Shown: piece by piece, positions 62,701 through 64,000 of the stretch
How the letters are laid out: each line of letters begins with the position of its first letter
Numbering within the stretch: position 1 is the first letter of the stretch
Source of the DNA: Haplodiscus bocki
Taxonomy: Eukaryota
Length of the DNA: 64,000 nt
NCBI GenBank assembly: GCA_965655095.1
Contig: OZ296648.1
Span: 73,966,001 to 74,030,000, forward strand
Reading direction: 5' to 3'
Notes under the pieces: model-generated
Databases searched by the model: none
What the model saw: only the letters and a program-made list of their open reading frames with translations
What the model was told of the DNA's origin: nothing
Translations under genes and position numbers: made by a program

Positions 62701-64000
62701 GAAATATGCAGTTCATGGAAATCGCGGCACTGTGGTGTTCATGGGGAAAGTCCTACAATCTAGTACTGTTAAACCTTGCTGATATTTAGAACGCCTAATA
62801 CAATTTAAACGGAATTGTGCACTTTTTCGCAACCTCGGCAGTGTTATATTCATGGAGAAAGTCTTACAAACGGCAAAACAAAAGGCCAAACCAGTTTCAA
62901 CTGGAGAGTATACCTGTTGAGTATTGGGATGTTTGTTTATAAAATTCAATACTGGTGACAACTAGAATCCGTTTTTACCATTAGAAGAAGTTTTCCCAAT
63001 TTTATTGGCACAGTGAGGCTCTCTTGAAAAAACAGCAGGGACTAGAAGAAAAAACTATGGCCAGCTGAAAATAAAAACGCAAGTAATTTAACCAAAATTG
63101 TCTAAAGCTGCTGATAAGTGTAGTCTCCATACTTTATTCCAAACGACTGTGATTTTCCAGGTACTTTCGAAACTGTAAGAAGAAATGTGAGAAACTGCAG
63201 AAAAAAGGAATAGAAGTTATTTTTCAAATTGCAGTTTGCTCAGAACTGTTTACTCCTGCTGTTGATTTTTGGAGAGTTCCCTGGCCTTTAATTGGAGTTT
63301 CAGGGAGCTTCGGCACTGGGATACTCCTTGAGATAACTTTGAAAGCCGCAGAAGAAATATCGAATCCTGTTAAGTTTTGAAGTTGAAACACTGGGATGAT
63401 TGGAAAGTTAGTAGTGGGTGAGAAGTAGAATTTTTCTTTACAAATCTGTTTGAAAGACCTTTTTCTGAAAAGACTTGTCCACAAAAACTTAAAATGAACT
63501 AGGCTTTGATGAAAAACTGAGGCCACTTGGGAATTTGGCGGTGGGCAACTTGCTCAGTAGCGTTTCAAAGTGCTGATAAGTCTACTCTTCAAATAAATAT
63601 CTGTTTTTGGTTTATTCGGGTCTGCAAGATCAGATGGAATAAATTGAAATTCACAAAGAATTCGAAAATTTCAGTGCAATATGGAAAATGAAATGTTGTG
63701 AAAATGTGTTTTAGTGTTTGATTTCGAAGTGAAAACATAACTACAGTGTTTTTTCTAAGCACGTGTGAAACTTCCCAACAATTCCAATTTTGTGAAACTT
63801 GTTGCAGAAAACTTGACAGCAGTTAGAATATTGAAAAAATCGTATCACAGTGTAAATGTTGAAAAATAGGAAAAAAGTTTAAGCGAGTTTTTTTGCTGAC
63901 ATTTTTAGTGTAAACAAAAGTTAGGAAAATGCACTTTTCTGGAAATTTCAGTTCTCTGTGAAGAATTTAAAAATTTTAGACTGATCAAAGATAAAAGAAA

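Larger units (their letters stand above)
55728..64000. repeat. Continuation of the tandem macro-repeat (end of copy A, copy B, start of copy C)
   Basis: 55734-56340 matches 60530-61150 (identical ccgacatgcaacaatgaagt at 55848/60632 and tttttggcactgtgatgttagatgggaaaaactgga at ~56153/60961). 56480-58070 matches 26970-28560. 62990-64000 matches 22200-23200. Confidence 0.8.

Overview
AT-rich, repeat-dense eukaryotic (almost certainly animal) DNA that is mostly transposon and endogenous-virus fossils, with one recognisable host gene. From left to right: the 3' half of a decayed Ty1/copia element (1-~2764); a fragment of one Polinton/Maverick (pPolB + integrase, minus strand, ~2.9-6.9 kb); a very old LINE remnant; two intact coding exons of a RANBP9/RANBP10 (RanBPM, SPRY-domain) gene on the minus strand (14042-13877, 13504-13235); a near full-length CR1/L2-group LINE ending about 90 bp upstream of that gene's splice acceptor; a CRE-type endonuclease fossil; and a diverged multi-kb tandem macro-repeat (~21.9-30.35 kb and 55.7-64 kb) containing a young 4 x 1329-bp array. 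The main result is a complete but inactivated Polinton/Maverick at 30354-55727. It has long diverged TIRs beginning AGTA(A/G)T and a 6-bp TSD (GGTATT/GGTGTT). Protease, major and minor capsid, integrase and packaging ATPase genes lie on the minus strand and pPolB on the plus strand. Its ATPase-containing segment is amplified into four 1.86-kb tandem copies, a younger LINE interrupts its left TIR, and an uninterrupted empty-site paralogue of its insertion point lies at ~60.5 kb. All calls come from manual translation and alignment by eye; no database searches were run, and the boundaries of fossil genes are approximate.
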